Source of the DNA: a virus
Lineage: Duplodnaviria; Caudoviricetes
DNA length: 38,571 bases
IMG/VR virus record: IMGVR_UViG_3300032255_000174
Location: 1 to 38,571 of that record
Direction: 5' to 3' (one strand)
In this document: in pieces, positions 1-10,985 of the stretch
Position numbering within the stretch: the first letter of the stretch is position 1
Layout: the number at the start of each line of letters is the position of its first letter
Made by a program: the position numbers and the translations under genes
Notes under the pieces: generated by a model
What the model was told of the DNA's origin: nothing
The model's input: only the letters and a program-made list of their open reading frames with translations
The model's database searches: none

Positions 1-834
1 CTAATTCGTTCTCGCGATCGGTAATTGATTCCACTCTTTTCCGTCCAGTACTCGGCCAGCAATTTTCTTTCCAACTCGCAGCATTTTAGTTCCATCGTCA
101 GCCACTGAGCTACGGGCCTTCTTTTGAGCCGGTAGGTTAATTCCATCACCTGGCCCCCAGTCGCCCCACTGTTTAAAGTGGAAGGCTACTTCATTCTCCA
201 TGCATTGTGCGTGCAATGATCTAAACCAATCCGGTGCCGCGGGGCGGGCCTTTGACCCACTCTCGCCACCTGTGATGACCCAATCAATTGTTGAACCTAA
301 CCATGGCGAAATTTCTAGCGGACCAAGTAATGGTTCAGCTGAAATAAAACGGACTTTTGCTGGAATTTCTGCCAAAAACGGCAACAGCTCATCAGCCCTT
401 TTTTGCAATTCAACAGTTGTCCCAAGCCAAACGTTTTCAGGCCAAACATCCTGCCATCTCGCCATTCTCAATACGTTTTGCGGGCGCTTTGTAAGAAGTA
501 GCCAATCAAGGTTTGGAGTAGATTCTATTAAGTCAAATAATCGGCTGCGAATAGGAATGAGCTCGTCTCGGTCCTCAAAAACATCGCCCATCGAAGCGCA
601 AAAAACGCGTGGACGAACTTGCGCAGTTTCAGCGTCTTTGTTCCACTTAATTGGCTGCTTCCAATGGTTGTCACTTAACAAGCGTCGAGCAGGTTTGGGT
701 CCCCAAACGTCTTGCCCAACTCGCTTAGCCCAGCTTTCCGCGTAGCAGTGATGACATGCCTCAGAGACCTTTGTGCACCCCCACCATGGATTAAAGGTGT
801 GTGTCGTCCATTCGATCTTTGAATTAGCGCCCAT
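1..834 (-). CDS. DUF5131 (phage Gp37/Gp68) family three-Cys-motif protein
   Basis: SKIEWTTHTFNPWWGCTKVSEACHHCYAE, LLLTKRP, FISAEPLLG, WVITGGESG, FHFKQWG motifs; AGGAGG RBS ahead of ATG at 834 (ORF track starts at 897). Confidence 0.92.
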   Translation of the reverse strand: MGANSKIEWTTHTFNPWWGCTKVSEACHHCYAESWAKRVGQDVWGPKPARRLLSDNHWKQPIKWNKDAETAQVRPRVFCASMGDVFEDRDELIPIRSRLFDLIESTPNLDWLLLTKRPQNVLRMARWQDVWPENVWLGTTVELQKRADELLPFLAEIPAKVRFISAEPLLGPLEISPWLGSTIDWVITGGESGSKARPAAPDWFRSLHAQCMENEVAFHFKQWGDWGPGDGINLPAQKKARSSVADDGTKMLRVGKKIAGRVLDGKEWNQLPIARTN

Positions 835-1144
835 TGTGCCGCCTCCTGATTGCAAATGTTCTCGCATAGTTCTGATTTCAGTGAAAGCATTTAGCACACG
901 CTAAGGGTTTAATTCCCCGATCGACCATTCCCACGCGCGCGCGGCAGCCATTGGATTAACGGCTGCGGGTCGCTCGGCGCTCCTGATCACCCGGACGAAA
1001 TGATCAGCTCCTTGCGTCCCTTCGCGGTGCCAGCCTTTTAATTACTCTTAAATGCCCGATTGAAGAGGTGTGGCTATTGGCTAGTAAAAATCATAGGGCC
1101 CACGACATGCAGAGGCCATTGCCGTCGCTGATGGGCACCCAAAC

Positions 1145-3889
1145 TTAGACCGTGGTCACTTGCTGGAAGCCTGTCACTCCTGTGCCGGTAGCTTTGAACC
1201 AGATGGCCGGTGCTCCGACACCGTCAACTTGGATGATGATGGAACCGGGGTCGGCTGGAATGTTGCCCTCTGGAAGCTGCAAGGCAAATTTTATGAACTG
1301 GGTACCATTATCGTTGAACAGGATAGTGCGACCATTAAGCTGCAAATTCCGCTTGATGCGCGTTCCGCCGCCCGTCGCGCCTTGATCCAGAATGTCCAGT
1401 TTTGTGTCACCGTCATTTTTGACTGCAAATTCGACGTTCGGAAAGTTGCAGTTGATCAGGTCAGTGGAAATCGCTGCGGGCAAGGGTGGTGTGGTGGTTG
1501 GGTCTCCGCCAAATATCCAGACCCCGATAGCTGCAAGCGTGCCCAACCCATCGGAGATTAGCGCGCGCGTTTGCCCGTTTGAAATGCCAAAACACACGTC
1601 ATTGTCCTTGTCGCCGGGCAACATGACGTTCGATGTCACAAAGTTGTCTACCCCTGTTTGACCCGCAATCAACATGCCGTAGTTGTCCATATAGTCAACG
1701 CCATCGGGGTCAATGAGTAGGGCCGCTGGGCTATAATCCCGACGATATGTTGTGGTGAACCCGTTGGGCGCTCCGTCAAATTCGCCAGATACACCATGGC
1801 AGATATTGCCCTTGTGCAAAGACGTCCGCTGGTTATTGCGCGACAAAATACCGACACGGGCTCTGGTGTTCAGGGCGATGTTGTTGGTCGCAATTACGGC
1901 AGTGTTGGTGTCTTCTGTCGATGGGAGGGTCGAGATGGCAAACCCCGTCGTGTTGCGTGTGACGTTACTGTCAATCACGATCATGCGTGACTCACTGTAG
2001 ATGCCCGCAATTTGCTCTGTCTGATTTGCATCAACGTGGACCAGATTGTTAGCCACAACTGCATTGAGCGCGGTCTTTTTGACGTTGATAGAGCCTTGCT
2101 TGCCGCCCGAGTCAGACAATTTATTGCCGTCGATAAAGGCATCCGGTGTCTTACAATATATACCCTCTGCATCCTCACGGCCAATATTTTTCACATTGAT
2201 GATGCGGTTGTCCGTGATCTCAATGTATGCGCGGCCCGTGAGTGTTTGGGGCAACAGCGAGATACCCTGACACTCGTGATTTGTGTCTGCGCTGCCATAG
2301 GGCGAAGTGATGTCTTGAATATGACACCCTGTGACGATGAAGGACTCTAAGCTCGTGACGGTTCCAGCCAAAAGCGCACCTTGGATATTCTGGCCGCCAC
2401 TTACGCCAGAGGGTGCAGTGTTGTTCTCAATGGTTACACCGTCAACGCGGATGTCACCAATAATAGCGTCACGAAAAGTGAACCCATTCTGCGCACCTGA
2501 ATGGCTGCCATCTTTCCAAAGAAACTTTGTCAGCGTGTTGGTTGAGCTGTCCTCATAGCTGATCGCAATTCCCGTTGGCTTGCTTTCGCTATCCGCACAA
2601 TCCGTGGACCAAGTTGCGCCGGATTTAACGTGGAATGAGTCACCGTCAGCGACGAACTCGACACGGCGAGCTTTAATGAATGCACCGTTGCTGACCGTGA
2701 AAGCGTGGTCGGTAGATTCAACGCGACCGGGCCCGTTGATCACAATGGGGCCTGACAACGAAATAGTTGATACACCCAACACACGACCGTCGAGAAAAAT
2801 TTCGGTGTGACCAGCGGCAAGAAAAGCGTCCAGCGCGGCTGTGCCATCACCGATGAACGCATAATTGAAATGCTCGAGCAGCGCTTGCCCATATGGCTCG
2901 TAATTCACACCGCCTGCTGTCGTGATGACCGCTGCGGCAATCTGTGCAAGGTCGAGGGTAAAGGACACGTCACCCGCGCGCACGGTCTTCTTGCCTGCGC
3001 TGCCGAAAATGGACCGCAAAAAAGCAATCGGGCGGGTGTCGGCATAAAGGTCGGCCACGCTATCAAAGTTGAGAGAGGTGCTGACGGCTTGGCCGCTGAT
3101 CCCGACCAGATCAATCACATTGATGCCGTCGACGGCATAGCTGCCTGCGGCGGCGATCACATACTCGCCACGACCCGCGATCTGGGCGCGCTGGCCGACG
3201 GAAATGAAGCTTGTTGCAATAAGCTCGGCGAGAGACTGAAACGGCTGGACATCAGCTGAAATCAACACGTCGCTGTTTTCGCCAATGAGCCAGTTCCCCG
3301 CGTATGTCGTGGACGACGGAGGCGATGCAAGCGCGGTCAACGTGTCGTTCTTGGCGAAGGCCACGCCGTCAACCATCCCAGCCGCAGACACGCGGAAAAT
3401 ATTGCCCGCAGTAGCCCCCGTAGGAAACCCGCCAGAAGAGGCATCAAACGCGCCGATGATGCGGATGTCGCCACTGGCCAGCGAGGCAATCAGGGTGGCG
3501 TTATTGGCATCCCCTGCGGCGCGCAAATCAGATTCCGCCCCCAGTGATGTTACGTCGGCCTTTTCAGCCAGCATAGCGATAGTCGCCGAACTAACTGGCA
3601 GGTCGCCGATCCATGTCCAACTGCCGCTGCCCTGATCGCCAGACTTCAGATAGACTCCGTTGCGTTCGGGTGTGTCACCAAAAACAGAGCCAACGGCTCC
3701 GTCGTTCCAATTGAGGTCAGAAAGCAAGGTGGACCGCAATTTTTTTGCAGGCCCCAAGCGCGCTGAAATCAGAGTGATTAGAGCCTCCGCCGTGATGCGA
3801 ACGGTCGTGCCTTCGCGGTTTCCCAAAAGGTCATCGATGAGGCTGACAGACGTCAGATCGGAGGTTCGGTCACCATTGCTGTGTGGCAT
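1145..3889 (-). CDS. Tailspike / receptor-binding protein with probable right-handed beta-helix (depolymerase-like)
   Basis: 914 aa, last tail gene; N-terminal anchor with FDASSGGFP..G..RVSAAG motif; Asn/Gly-rich repeats (ITDNRI, IDGNKL, VANNLV, IDSNVT); C-terminal EGNIPADPGS..WFKATGTGVTGF. Confidence 0.75.
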   Translation of the reverse strand: MPHSNGDRTSDLTSVSLIDDLLGNREGTTVRITAEALITLISARLGPAKKLRSTLLSDLNWNDGAVGSVFGDTPERNGVYLKSGDQGSGSWTWIGDLPVSSATIAMLAEKADVTSLGAESDLRAAGDANNATLIASLASGDIRIIGAFDASSGGFPTGATAGNIFRVSAAGMVDGVAFAKNDTLTALASPPSSTTYAGNWLIGENSDVLISADVQPFQSLAELIATSFISVGQRAQIAGRGEYVIAAAGSYAVDGINVIDLVGISGQAVSTSLNFDSVADLYADTRPIAFLRSIFGSAGKKTVRAGDVSFTLDLAQIAAAVITTAGGVNYEPYGQALLEHFNYAFIGDGTAALDAFLAAGHTEIFLDGRVLGVSTISLSGPIVINGPGRVESTDHAFTVSNGAFIKARRVEFVADGDSFHVKSGATWSTDCADSESKPTGIAISYEDSSTNTLTKFLWKDGSHSGAQNGFTFRDAIIGDIRVDGVTIENNTAPSGVSGGQNIQGALLAGTVTSLESFIVTGCHIQDITSPYGSADTNHECQGISLLPQTLTGRAYIEITDNRIINVKNIGREDAEGIYCKTPDAFIDGNKLSDSGGKQGSINVKKTALNAVVANNLVHVDANQTEQIAGIYSESRMIVIDSNVTRNTTGFAISTLPSTEDTNTAVIATNNIALNTRARVGILSRNNQRTSLHKGNICHGVSGEFDGAPNGFTTTYRRDYSPAALLIDPDGVDYMDNYGMLIAGQTGVDNFVTSNVMLPGDKDNDVCFGISNGQTRALISDGLGTLAAIGVWIFGGDPTTTPPLPAAISTDLINCNFPNVEFAVKNDGDTKLDILDQGATGGGTRIKRNLQLNGRTILFNDNGTQFIKFALQLPEGNIPADPGSIIIQVDGVGAPAIWFKATGTGVTGFQQVTTV

Positions 3890-3898
3890 GTGCTTTTC

Positions 3899-6800
3899 CT
3901 AGAATATGGTTGCAGTGAACGGGCCAGAAATTGCGCCTGTGACCCCAAGAGAATTTTGGGGTTCAACCCAATAATCCCAAACGCCGGCCGCCGCGCAGGA
4001 TGTGGTCTGGCGGAAGACAACAACGTCATCAATCGCACCATCGAAATTGGCGTTTGCATCGAGGGTGAAAGATGTATTTCCGGTGACCGCCGTGAGGGTA
4101 AGAAGGGCTAGGCCATTGGTGGCAATTGCAGATCCTGACACGGTCGTTCCGCCGGTCAATTTTGGTTTGACGGATCCCGCCGTGCGGCCCGAGACTATGA
4201 ACGCGATGCGGTAGGTTGCGCCTGCGGTTAAGCTAATATCTTTGGAGAGTGTCCCCGTGCTGCCCGGTGTGTGGGTTGCCTCGCCACCGGCAATTGTCCA
4301 ACCAGCGCCTTCGGTCCAATTGTCTGCCGTGCCAAAACCGCCACCCGAAATGGCGTTGTTGCGTGTGGCATCGCCGTCGATGAACGTGAGTGTGGTATTT
4401 GGCGAGACGCTTATTGGTGCGCGGATTGCATCGGCGTTCTTGTCCAACACAGCCCCGGAAGCTGCGCGGTATATTTGAACTTTATCGATGCTTTGATCCG
4501 CCGGAATACCAATGCCGATGACCGCACGTCCCATGCTGCCAAGGGCGGCTATTGCAGCGCTATCTAATGGACCGGGCAGTGCAGGATCAGCCTCACCGAT
4601 GACCAGCGGAATCGCGGATGTAAAAGTGCTGGCAGTGCCCGAGGCAATCGCGCGCGCGCAACATGATGGCATCACCGGCCTCGTAAAGGTCGATGGATGT
4701 AGCGCCCGTGGCTGCAGCAACGGTCGCCGTTGTCCAAGACCCCGCACTTGCAAGTTTATGATCGATCTCGAAGCTGGTCACGATTGCTGTCGACCCGTTA
4801 CCCGGTGCCACCAGAATTTGCAGTCCACCCGCATTGCCGGTGCCCAGCTGGCCACTGGTGATCAGGGTAAAGCGGGGCACAGCCGGTGTCAGGACCGACT
4901 GATTGATCTCGGCACCGACACGCCCGTCCCATGCAGGAGGGGTTTCGGCGTCGGTCAGTGCGTCGATGTCCGGGGCATCCGCAACCATGATAAGACGGCT
5001 GCCAAAATCCTCGGCAGCTTCGATACCGCGCACCCGCATCGCAAGGCTTTCGGTCGCCATCGGCCCGATGTGGATGGCCTCGCCCACAGCGGGCATCGGG
5101 CCTGCGCCCAGCAGACGCAAGGCGCGGGTTTCAGCCGCAGAGACAGCGATTGCACGGACCACGGATGTGCCGATTTGATCGTTGTCATTTGCGTAGACGC
5201 GGAACCGGATCCCGTATGCAGGGCCGATGACCAAAGCCGCATCGATTTCGACCAAAGTGCCCTGTGTGGATTTCACCCGCGCGGCGGCATTCAGGCTTGT
5301 CAAAACGTCCGAACTGGTCATCACCAGATCACCGCGCGTGACCACGCGGGAGGCACCATCCTGAATGGCGCTGAAGGTGTCGGGCCGCAAGGTCAACTCA
5401 TGCATCCGCCGCCGTGTCTCGATCCAGATTTCATCAGGGTCTGTCTTGCCGGGCAAGGACAGTTCTTCGGTCAGGTTGATATCGCCTACATGGCCGGGCC
5501 ATGGGATGATGCGCTCGGCGGGTTGGTAGTTGTTGGTGGCGTCAAGGAACGGCACGCGAAACCCGTCTGGCGCGTCAAAGTAAGTCCGGTCCCATTGGAA
5601 ATCAGAGGCGTTGCGCGGATTGATATGGTCGATCACAAGCGACTGCGGGCGGTCAATCACCACACCCCATTTGATCCCGTCATGGCGCGGCGTGGCACGA
5701 CCGGCCGCACAGATCGCGGCGAGCATTTCGGCAAGGCTTTCGGGTTGGTCGTGCACGTGGTCATATTTCAAACCTTTGAGGGCGCACCAGTCATACCAGT
5801 CGGCAATCTGTGCCATGTCGATTTCAGTCTCTAGGACGGGATAGGGGCTAAGAGGTGATGTGAGCGCCAGCAAATAGTGGGTCGCGGGGTTGCTGCTGTA
5901 GCCGTCGGCCCAGACGTTGCCGCCCTGGTGTTGTGGCCCTTCGCGCTCAATCATGACGTTAAAATTATCGAGTGTGCCGTTGAGCTGGTAAGTGGCGCGG
6001 ACCCGCACGGCGATCAGCGAAATCGGCTTGTCGATGTTGACCGGATACTCCGGGCGGATCGACTGGATCGCTTGCAATGTCGTCCTGTCAGACACTTGGC
6101 TATCGGTGGCCTCGGGCGTCATGCGCGTCACCCTGATTTGCCACCGGCCACGGCTTGAATGGGTCCAAGTGTGCTGACGCAGGATGGATTCGCGCTTCTT
6201 GGCGGCAATGTCCAATGTTGTGACAGTTGACCAAGTGCCAGTCCCGTTCAGCCGCTCTTCAATTTTAATCGAAACAGCCTGTGTGCGCAGGTCACCTCCG
6301 CTGTCGATACGAAACAAGCCGCCGGGAAAGCCCAGTATCACAGAACTCTGCGCCGTATCACTGGCGGAGAAGCGCACGACAGGCGTGTCGATTGCAGCGG
6401 CATTCGGGATGATTTCGCCTGCGTCGTCGCGGGGCAAAGGGCGCAGTAGATCAACGCCAGCACCTTCCTCCAAAATTTGCTTGGGGTAGAGCGACACAGG
6501 CGCGTCGCCGTCTCGCCCTTCGCGGATTTCAATATCGATATTGTCATAATCATCGATCGAGGTTTCACCGATGCGCAGATCGCTGATGCGCAAAGGGCCG
6601 TAGCCACAGGTAAACAGGGCACGGATATATTGTTGGTCGCCTACAACCTCGGTCCATGAACTGGCCGCATAGGGCGGCGCGTAACGGTGCGCGCCCATCG
6701 GATAGGGCACAGGCGCGCCGGGGCGCATCTCGTTTTGCCACCCTGAAATCGCAAAGACGTTGCGCTTTTTTTCACTATCGGTGGTTTGAACGGGGATCAG

Positions 6801-7211
6801 CGCGTTGACCAGCAAGGTGCCTACAATTGTCAGACCGGCTGTGACCAGAGCAGTGCCGAACTGACTGGTGACATGCAAAAATCCGGCGACAGCAGGCGTC
6901 AGATAAAGCGCCGCCACCGAGACCACGGCCAGCAGAACAGAGCGGAGCGTATCTTGACCGGGGATAGTGCGCACAACAACCTGCACGCCGGGCATTGGCC
7001 GGACGCGGTGCCATTGCGCCAAAGGCACATTCGCAGACCCCTTGTCGGACACCAAAGTCACACGCACGCGCTCGAATGGGATACCTACCACAGGAACGCA
7101 ACGTGCCACGATATCAGCGACGGTGGTGCCAGCATCTACGCTAAAGTTGAGGCGTGCCTGACCGGGGTCAAGCAGGTGGGCGGCCATGACGGGGATGGTT
7201 TTAAAGGTCAT
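3899..7211 (-). pseudogene. Tail-tip / central fibre protein (TipJ, lambda J-like), split by a frameshift at 4649-4659
   Basis: ORF 4593..7211 (J-like, follows NlpC/P60) ends in aberrant DCLGHCQHF...; ORF 3899..4753 continues in another frame from ARAIASG; adding one CG unit gives one 1104-aa ORF. Confidence 0.8.
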
Positions 7212-7630
7212 TTTAAAGCCCCGTTGATCGTAGCCGGCGCATGGCGAAATGCACCGACAAAGCGGTTTACCCAGCGAGGGGCATTGAACAATTCGACTTT
7301 GGCGTGATCGTCTGATGCCATGTGCAGCATGGTCCGTGCGTCAATGGCGATCCCGATATGGCTGTCGTGACGGCCGTGGCGAAACAGCAAAAGATCAAAC
7401 GGCAAAATGCCGTCCGTAATTTTGGGCCAATGCGGGGCCTTGTGGTGGTTCAGCAAGGCCGCAACTTCGGCCCCTTCAGCGGCTCCGGTATAGGCCTCTG
7501 CATAGGACGGCAGATCAATGCCAAGCTGTTCTTTGTAGACCAGACGGGCCAGCCCCCAGCAGTCACACCCGGTGCGGTCGCGGCCAAGATCGGCGTAAGG
7601 GATGCCGGTGAAATCATTGGCCCACCTCAT
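7208..7630 (-). CDS. NlpC/P60 family tail assembly protein (lambda K-like)
   Basis: GIPYADLGRDRTGCDCWGL catalytic Cys motif, HIGI...MLH; ATGA overlaps with both neighbours. Confidence 0.92.
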   Translation of the reverse strand: MRWANDFTGIPYADLGRDRTGCDCWGLARLVYKEQLGIDLPSYAEAYTGAAEGAEVAALLNHHKAPHWPKITDGILPFDLLLFRHGRHDSHIGIAIDARTMLHMASDDHAKVELFNAPRWVNRFVGAFRHAPATINGALK

Positions 7631-8151
7631 CGGTAAATCCCCGGAAAGCGCTGCTTTGTAAATCGGTCCATCGGCACGGTTTCTTCTTCGACAGGGGCCC
7701 GCGACATCTCGATGGTGACCTCGCCCGCATTGCCACTGCTGCCGATCATCATCATGCCGCGAAACTCGACCTCGATGTCATTGGGGCTGTCAGCCATCAC
7801 AACGGCCATGCTGATCGTGGGTCGGTTGGTAAAGCTGCGCAGCGTTTCCGCGATCCGGTTGTCGACATTGGACAGCACAATGGTGGCTGCAGCAGGCACG
7901 TCTTCAAGGTCAGAGGGCAGGTCGGTTGAGGCCAGAACAAACAGGAATGGCTCAAGGGCGGGATCCGCACCGAACCAGTTGGACCGCGTCCCATACATCA
8001 AAGGCGCATCGGACAGCCGCTCTGTCGGGTCGGTGGACAGGCGAACGGGGGCGTCGAGCGATGGGTGATCGATGGTGAACAGTGCAACCTCAACGGCATC
8101 GGTTGTCGCCGCGTCATGGGCCGTGCGGGCATTGATCAGGACCCGGCTCAT
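7627..8151 (-). CDS. Minor tail protein (DUF1833-like)
   Basis: LFTIDHP..PVRLS, LSNVD, C-terminal RFT..RFPG; ATG at 8151 overlaps upstream TGA; position before NlpC/P60. Confidence 0.75.
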   Translation of the reverse strand: MSRVLINARTAHDAATTDAVEVALFTIDHPSLDAPVRLSTDPTERLSDAPLMYGTRSNWFGADPALEPFLFVLASTDLPSDLEDVPAAATIVLSNVDNRIAETLRSFTNRPTISMAVVMADSPNDIEVEFRGMMMIGSSGNAGEVTIEMSRAPVEEETVPMDRFTKQRFPGIYR

Positions 8152-8567
8152 GGCATGACCCAAACGGAAAAGGAAATATCAAAACGATTGCCAACCAAGG
8201 TTTCAATCGGCGGCTCGTCTCCAAACAAACACAGCCATTGGCCCGCCAGAAGGATGGGGCTGTCGTCGCCGTCAAGCATGGGCTGACCATCGCTGCTCAA
8301 CAAGGGCCACCCGTCAGTGAGCGGGTCTGGCATGTAAAAAGGGAGCGCGCCGCTCGCGGTTACGCTGTCATAAAAATCATCAAATACGGCCTTGTCAGCG
8401 CGCGACATATTCACCATCAATGACACGCCTTTCGCCGTGCTGGAAAACCTGCGCCGATACCCCGGTGCGCCGCCATTGCGTTTTTTAAGCCGCCCGTCCT
8501 GACGTTGGGACTGGTAGTCGTTGCGGGTTGGTTTGCGCAGGGATGCGGGCCATGTCGGGACTGTCAT
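8148..8567 (-). CDS. Minor/distal tail protein
   Basis: PTWPASL..P N-terminus, RRRFS, FDDFY...GALPFYMPDP; directly after tape measure. Confidence 0.7.
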   Translation of the reverse strand: MTVPTWPASLRKPTRNDYQSQRQDGRLKKRNGGAPGYRRRFSSTAKGVSLMVNMSRADKAVFDDFYDSVTASGALPFYMPDPLTDGWPLLSSDGQPMLDGDDSPILLAGQWLCLFGDEPPIETLVGNRFDISFSVWVMP

Positions 8568-10978
8568 CGGCTGGCCGTCCGTTTCCGCAGGCCATAGCCC
8601 TTCAGCTGCTTTTGAGCCCCACCACCAGGCGTAGAAAGTGCGGCGCCGACTTCATCGGCAAGGATAAGTTTCATCTTGCGGCCACCGCGCCCGTCACTTT
8701 CTTCGGTCACGTTGCCCTTCACCGGGGTCGAACCACGGTTCTCGATTGAAAAATTGATGGCAGGCATTGCAAAGCCACCACTGGAGCCGGTGGGTCCGAT
8801 CTGACCGCCCGCCGCAAAGGACGGAAACGCGCCCGCATTCATCATTTCAAGAACAGGCTGATAAGTTTTTGTCGCTTTGGCGGTCATCATGAACTCGCCG
8901 TTTGAGCCCCACATCAGCACGTCATCGGATGTGCCCGAGCCCGGTCCGTAGATCTTGCCGCCATCTGCTTTTGCGGGAATGGTGTTGAGGTTGGCGGCAG
9001 GGGCCGCTCCGGGGAAAATACCGCCCAAGATCGTGCCGATAATGCCACCGCCACCCGCCGTGCCAAGCATTTGGGCAAGCGGCCCTTCACCCAGCAGTAT
9101 CGCTTGATAAACAATATCTTCCAGCTTGCCTGCCACGCCGTCCAATGCGCCCATCAAGCCGCCGCTGCTCTGCCGCAGATCATCAAAAAATCCAACGGCG
9201 ACATCTTTGGTCGCGTCCCATTTTTCTTGCTGTTCTTCGAGCGCTTGGGTTTCAGCATTGCGTGCGCCGATCAAGGCCTCGATTTGCTTTTTCTCTGCGG
9301 CGGATGCGCTTGATAATGTCTCACGGTTGCGCAACATTTCTTTCTGGATCGGGTCCAGCTCGCGCAGAATTGCAAGCTCGTCCTCATACCCAGAGATCAG
9401 GTCCATGACCGCGTCTCGCTCGCGCTCGGTTGTGCGAGCGGCAGGTGACTGTTTGGTTTTTTTGGGGGTTGTCAGCCTTCTTAAATTTGCGATAGCCCGA
9501 TTGTTTTGCTGCGCGGTATCAGCACTGGGTAATACCGGAACAGACATGGCATCGTCTTCACCGCCCAGTGATGCGGCCAATCGGATGTTACGCGCAAGGT
9601 CTGCAGCGTCCGCAGCCGCCGCACGGATGCCTGCACCAACGTCGGTCGTTCCGATCTGTTGGCTAATGCTCAATGCGAGGCGTAGTTCATTTTTCATCGC
9701 CTCGGAAACATCCAGTGTGGACAGTTTTTCTTCCAAGACATCGCGCTCTGCTTTGGCGCGCAGGTTTGCCACCTCGACGCTGCCTTCACCGAATACCTTG
9801 ATTGCGGCTTGTAGCTCGTTTTGGGCATTCATCTTATCAAGCAATGCCTGCGCGGAGCCGAGCTGGGCATCACTTTCACCGCGGATGTTGCCATAGAGGG
9901 CATACTGGCTGGCGAGCGCTGAGTTGGTGTCCTTGACAGCCCCCGTGATCTCGCCAGCTTGCAGCGCAATCAGGCCCGCTTCTTTGGCTACGTTGAGTAG
10001 CGGAACTGGAATTTGGTCAACGGATCCAAAAACCCGCAAAAAAGCTGCATTCAAATCGTTAGCAGCCGTCACTTTTTCGGACATCGTGCGGGCATCGGCC
10101 AACGCCTCAAGCCGCTGTATAACCGCCGAGGCTTGCTGATCCGTTAGGTCGAGTGTGTCACGTAGCTCAAAAAAGGTTCGGTCCATTTCACTGATCATGC
10201 CGCCGCGCGTGGCCACTAATCTCGTGCGGGACAGCCCGCCAAAACGCTCAGTTAAACTATCTACTGCTGCATCCATCTCTTGGATGGCTTCGATCCGTGC
10301 AAACTCTTCTAAGAACCCTGCAACACCCTTTACCGACGATGCTGCTGTCCCAAAACGGTCAGACAGATCGGATGTCGATGATGCGGCTAGATCGGCAAGG
10401 CTCCGATAGTCGCCGACAGATGCCGTGAGATCATCAATAATATCATCAAATGTTTGGGCCTTTTCCCCTGCGCCAAAGGCAGACGCCCCCCATTGTACCA
10501 AAGCCGCACCGCCGCCGATAACGCCAATGGTCATGAGGCTGATCGGGTTCAACATGCCCATAAACGCGCCGCCGAGCGCCTTAACCGCTCCGGCGGCTCC
10601 CATCGGGCCGATGACCTGGCTGATCTGGGTGCCTTGCTGTAGCGCCAACGTAAGCGGGTTCTGGCCCGCTGCCATCATCACACCTACGTCGTTAAACTGG
10701 GCCACAAGGTTGCCCATATTGCCAGCTGCGACGCGGTTGGCCGATCCCATTGCTTTTGCTGTCGCGGCGTTGCGGGTCTGTGCGGCCGACAATGCGACGA
10801 CCTTGGCCTGTGCGCCGCCGGATTTGGTGCCAAGGCCTTGGGTTTCGGCGGCGGCTTTACGGCTTTTTGCCCCCATCTGTTCAGTGGCTGCACCCGTCTT
10901 TTTGACGGCTCCGCCAAGCTTATCGACGGTCGCAATGGCGGCATTGCCGTCCGCGTCGATTGTGATGCTTAGCGTCAT
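8564..10978 (-). CDS. Tail tape measure protein
   Basis: ~800 aa Ala-rich helical; QFNDVGVMMAAGQNPLTLALQQGTQI and GPGSGTSDDV..SNGEFMM motifs; start placed at MTLSITI just after the chaperone-extension stop. Confidence 0.92.
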   Translation of the reverse strand: MTLSITIDADGNAAIATVDKLGGAVKKTGAATEQMGAKSRKAAAETQGLGTKSGGAQAKVVALSAAQTRNAATAKAMGSANRVAAGNMGNLVAQFNDVGVMMAAGQNPLTLALQQGTQISQVIGPMGAAGAVKALGGAFMGMLNPISLMTIGVIGGGAALVQWGASAFGAGEKAQTFDDIIDDLTASVGDYRSLADLAASSTSDLSDRFGTAASSVKGVAGFLEEFARIEAIQEMDAAVDSLTERFGGLSRTRLVATRGGMISEMDRTFFELRDTLDLTDQQASAVIQRLEALADARTMSEKVTAANDLNAAFLRVFGSVDQIPVPLLNVAKEAGLIALQAGEITGAVKDTNSALASQYALYGNIRGESDAQLGSAQALLDKMNAQNELQAAIKVFGEGSVEVANLRAKAERDVLEEKLSTLDVSEAMKNELRLALSISQQIGTTDVGAGIRAAAADAADLARNIRLAASLGGEDDAMSVPVLPSADTAQQNNRAIANLRRLTTPKKTKQSPAARTTERERDAVMDLISGYEDELAILRELDPIQKEMLRNRETLSSASAAEKKQIEALIGARNAETQALEEQQEKWDATKDVAVGFFDDLRQSSGGLMGALDGVAGKLEDIVYQAILLGEGPLAQMLGTAGGGGIIGTILGGIFPGAAPAANLNTIPAKADGGKIYGPGSGTSDDVLMWGSNGEFMMTAKATKTYQPVLEMMNAGAFPSFAAGGQIGPTGSSGGFAMPAINFSIENRGSTPVKGNVTEESDGRGGRKMKLILADEVGAALSTPGGGAQKQLKGYGLRKRTASR

Positions 10979-10985
10979 AGTCAAT

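Noticed and set aside
983-1007. CTGATCA...CGAAA resembling a hammerhead ribozyme core
   Set aside because: Core should be CUGANGA and stem II is absent; CTGATCA simply pairs with TGATCAG
3899-4753. 284-aa ORF as an independent gene
   Set aside because: TTG start without RBS and a first ~32 aa that are off-frame J sequence; better explained as the frameshifted C-terminus
4512-5834. 440-aa plus-strand ORF and the many similar shadow ORFs
   Set aside because: Antisense to recognisable genes in GC-rich DNA, with no motifs
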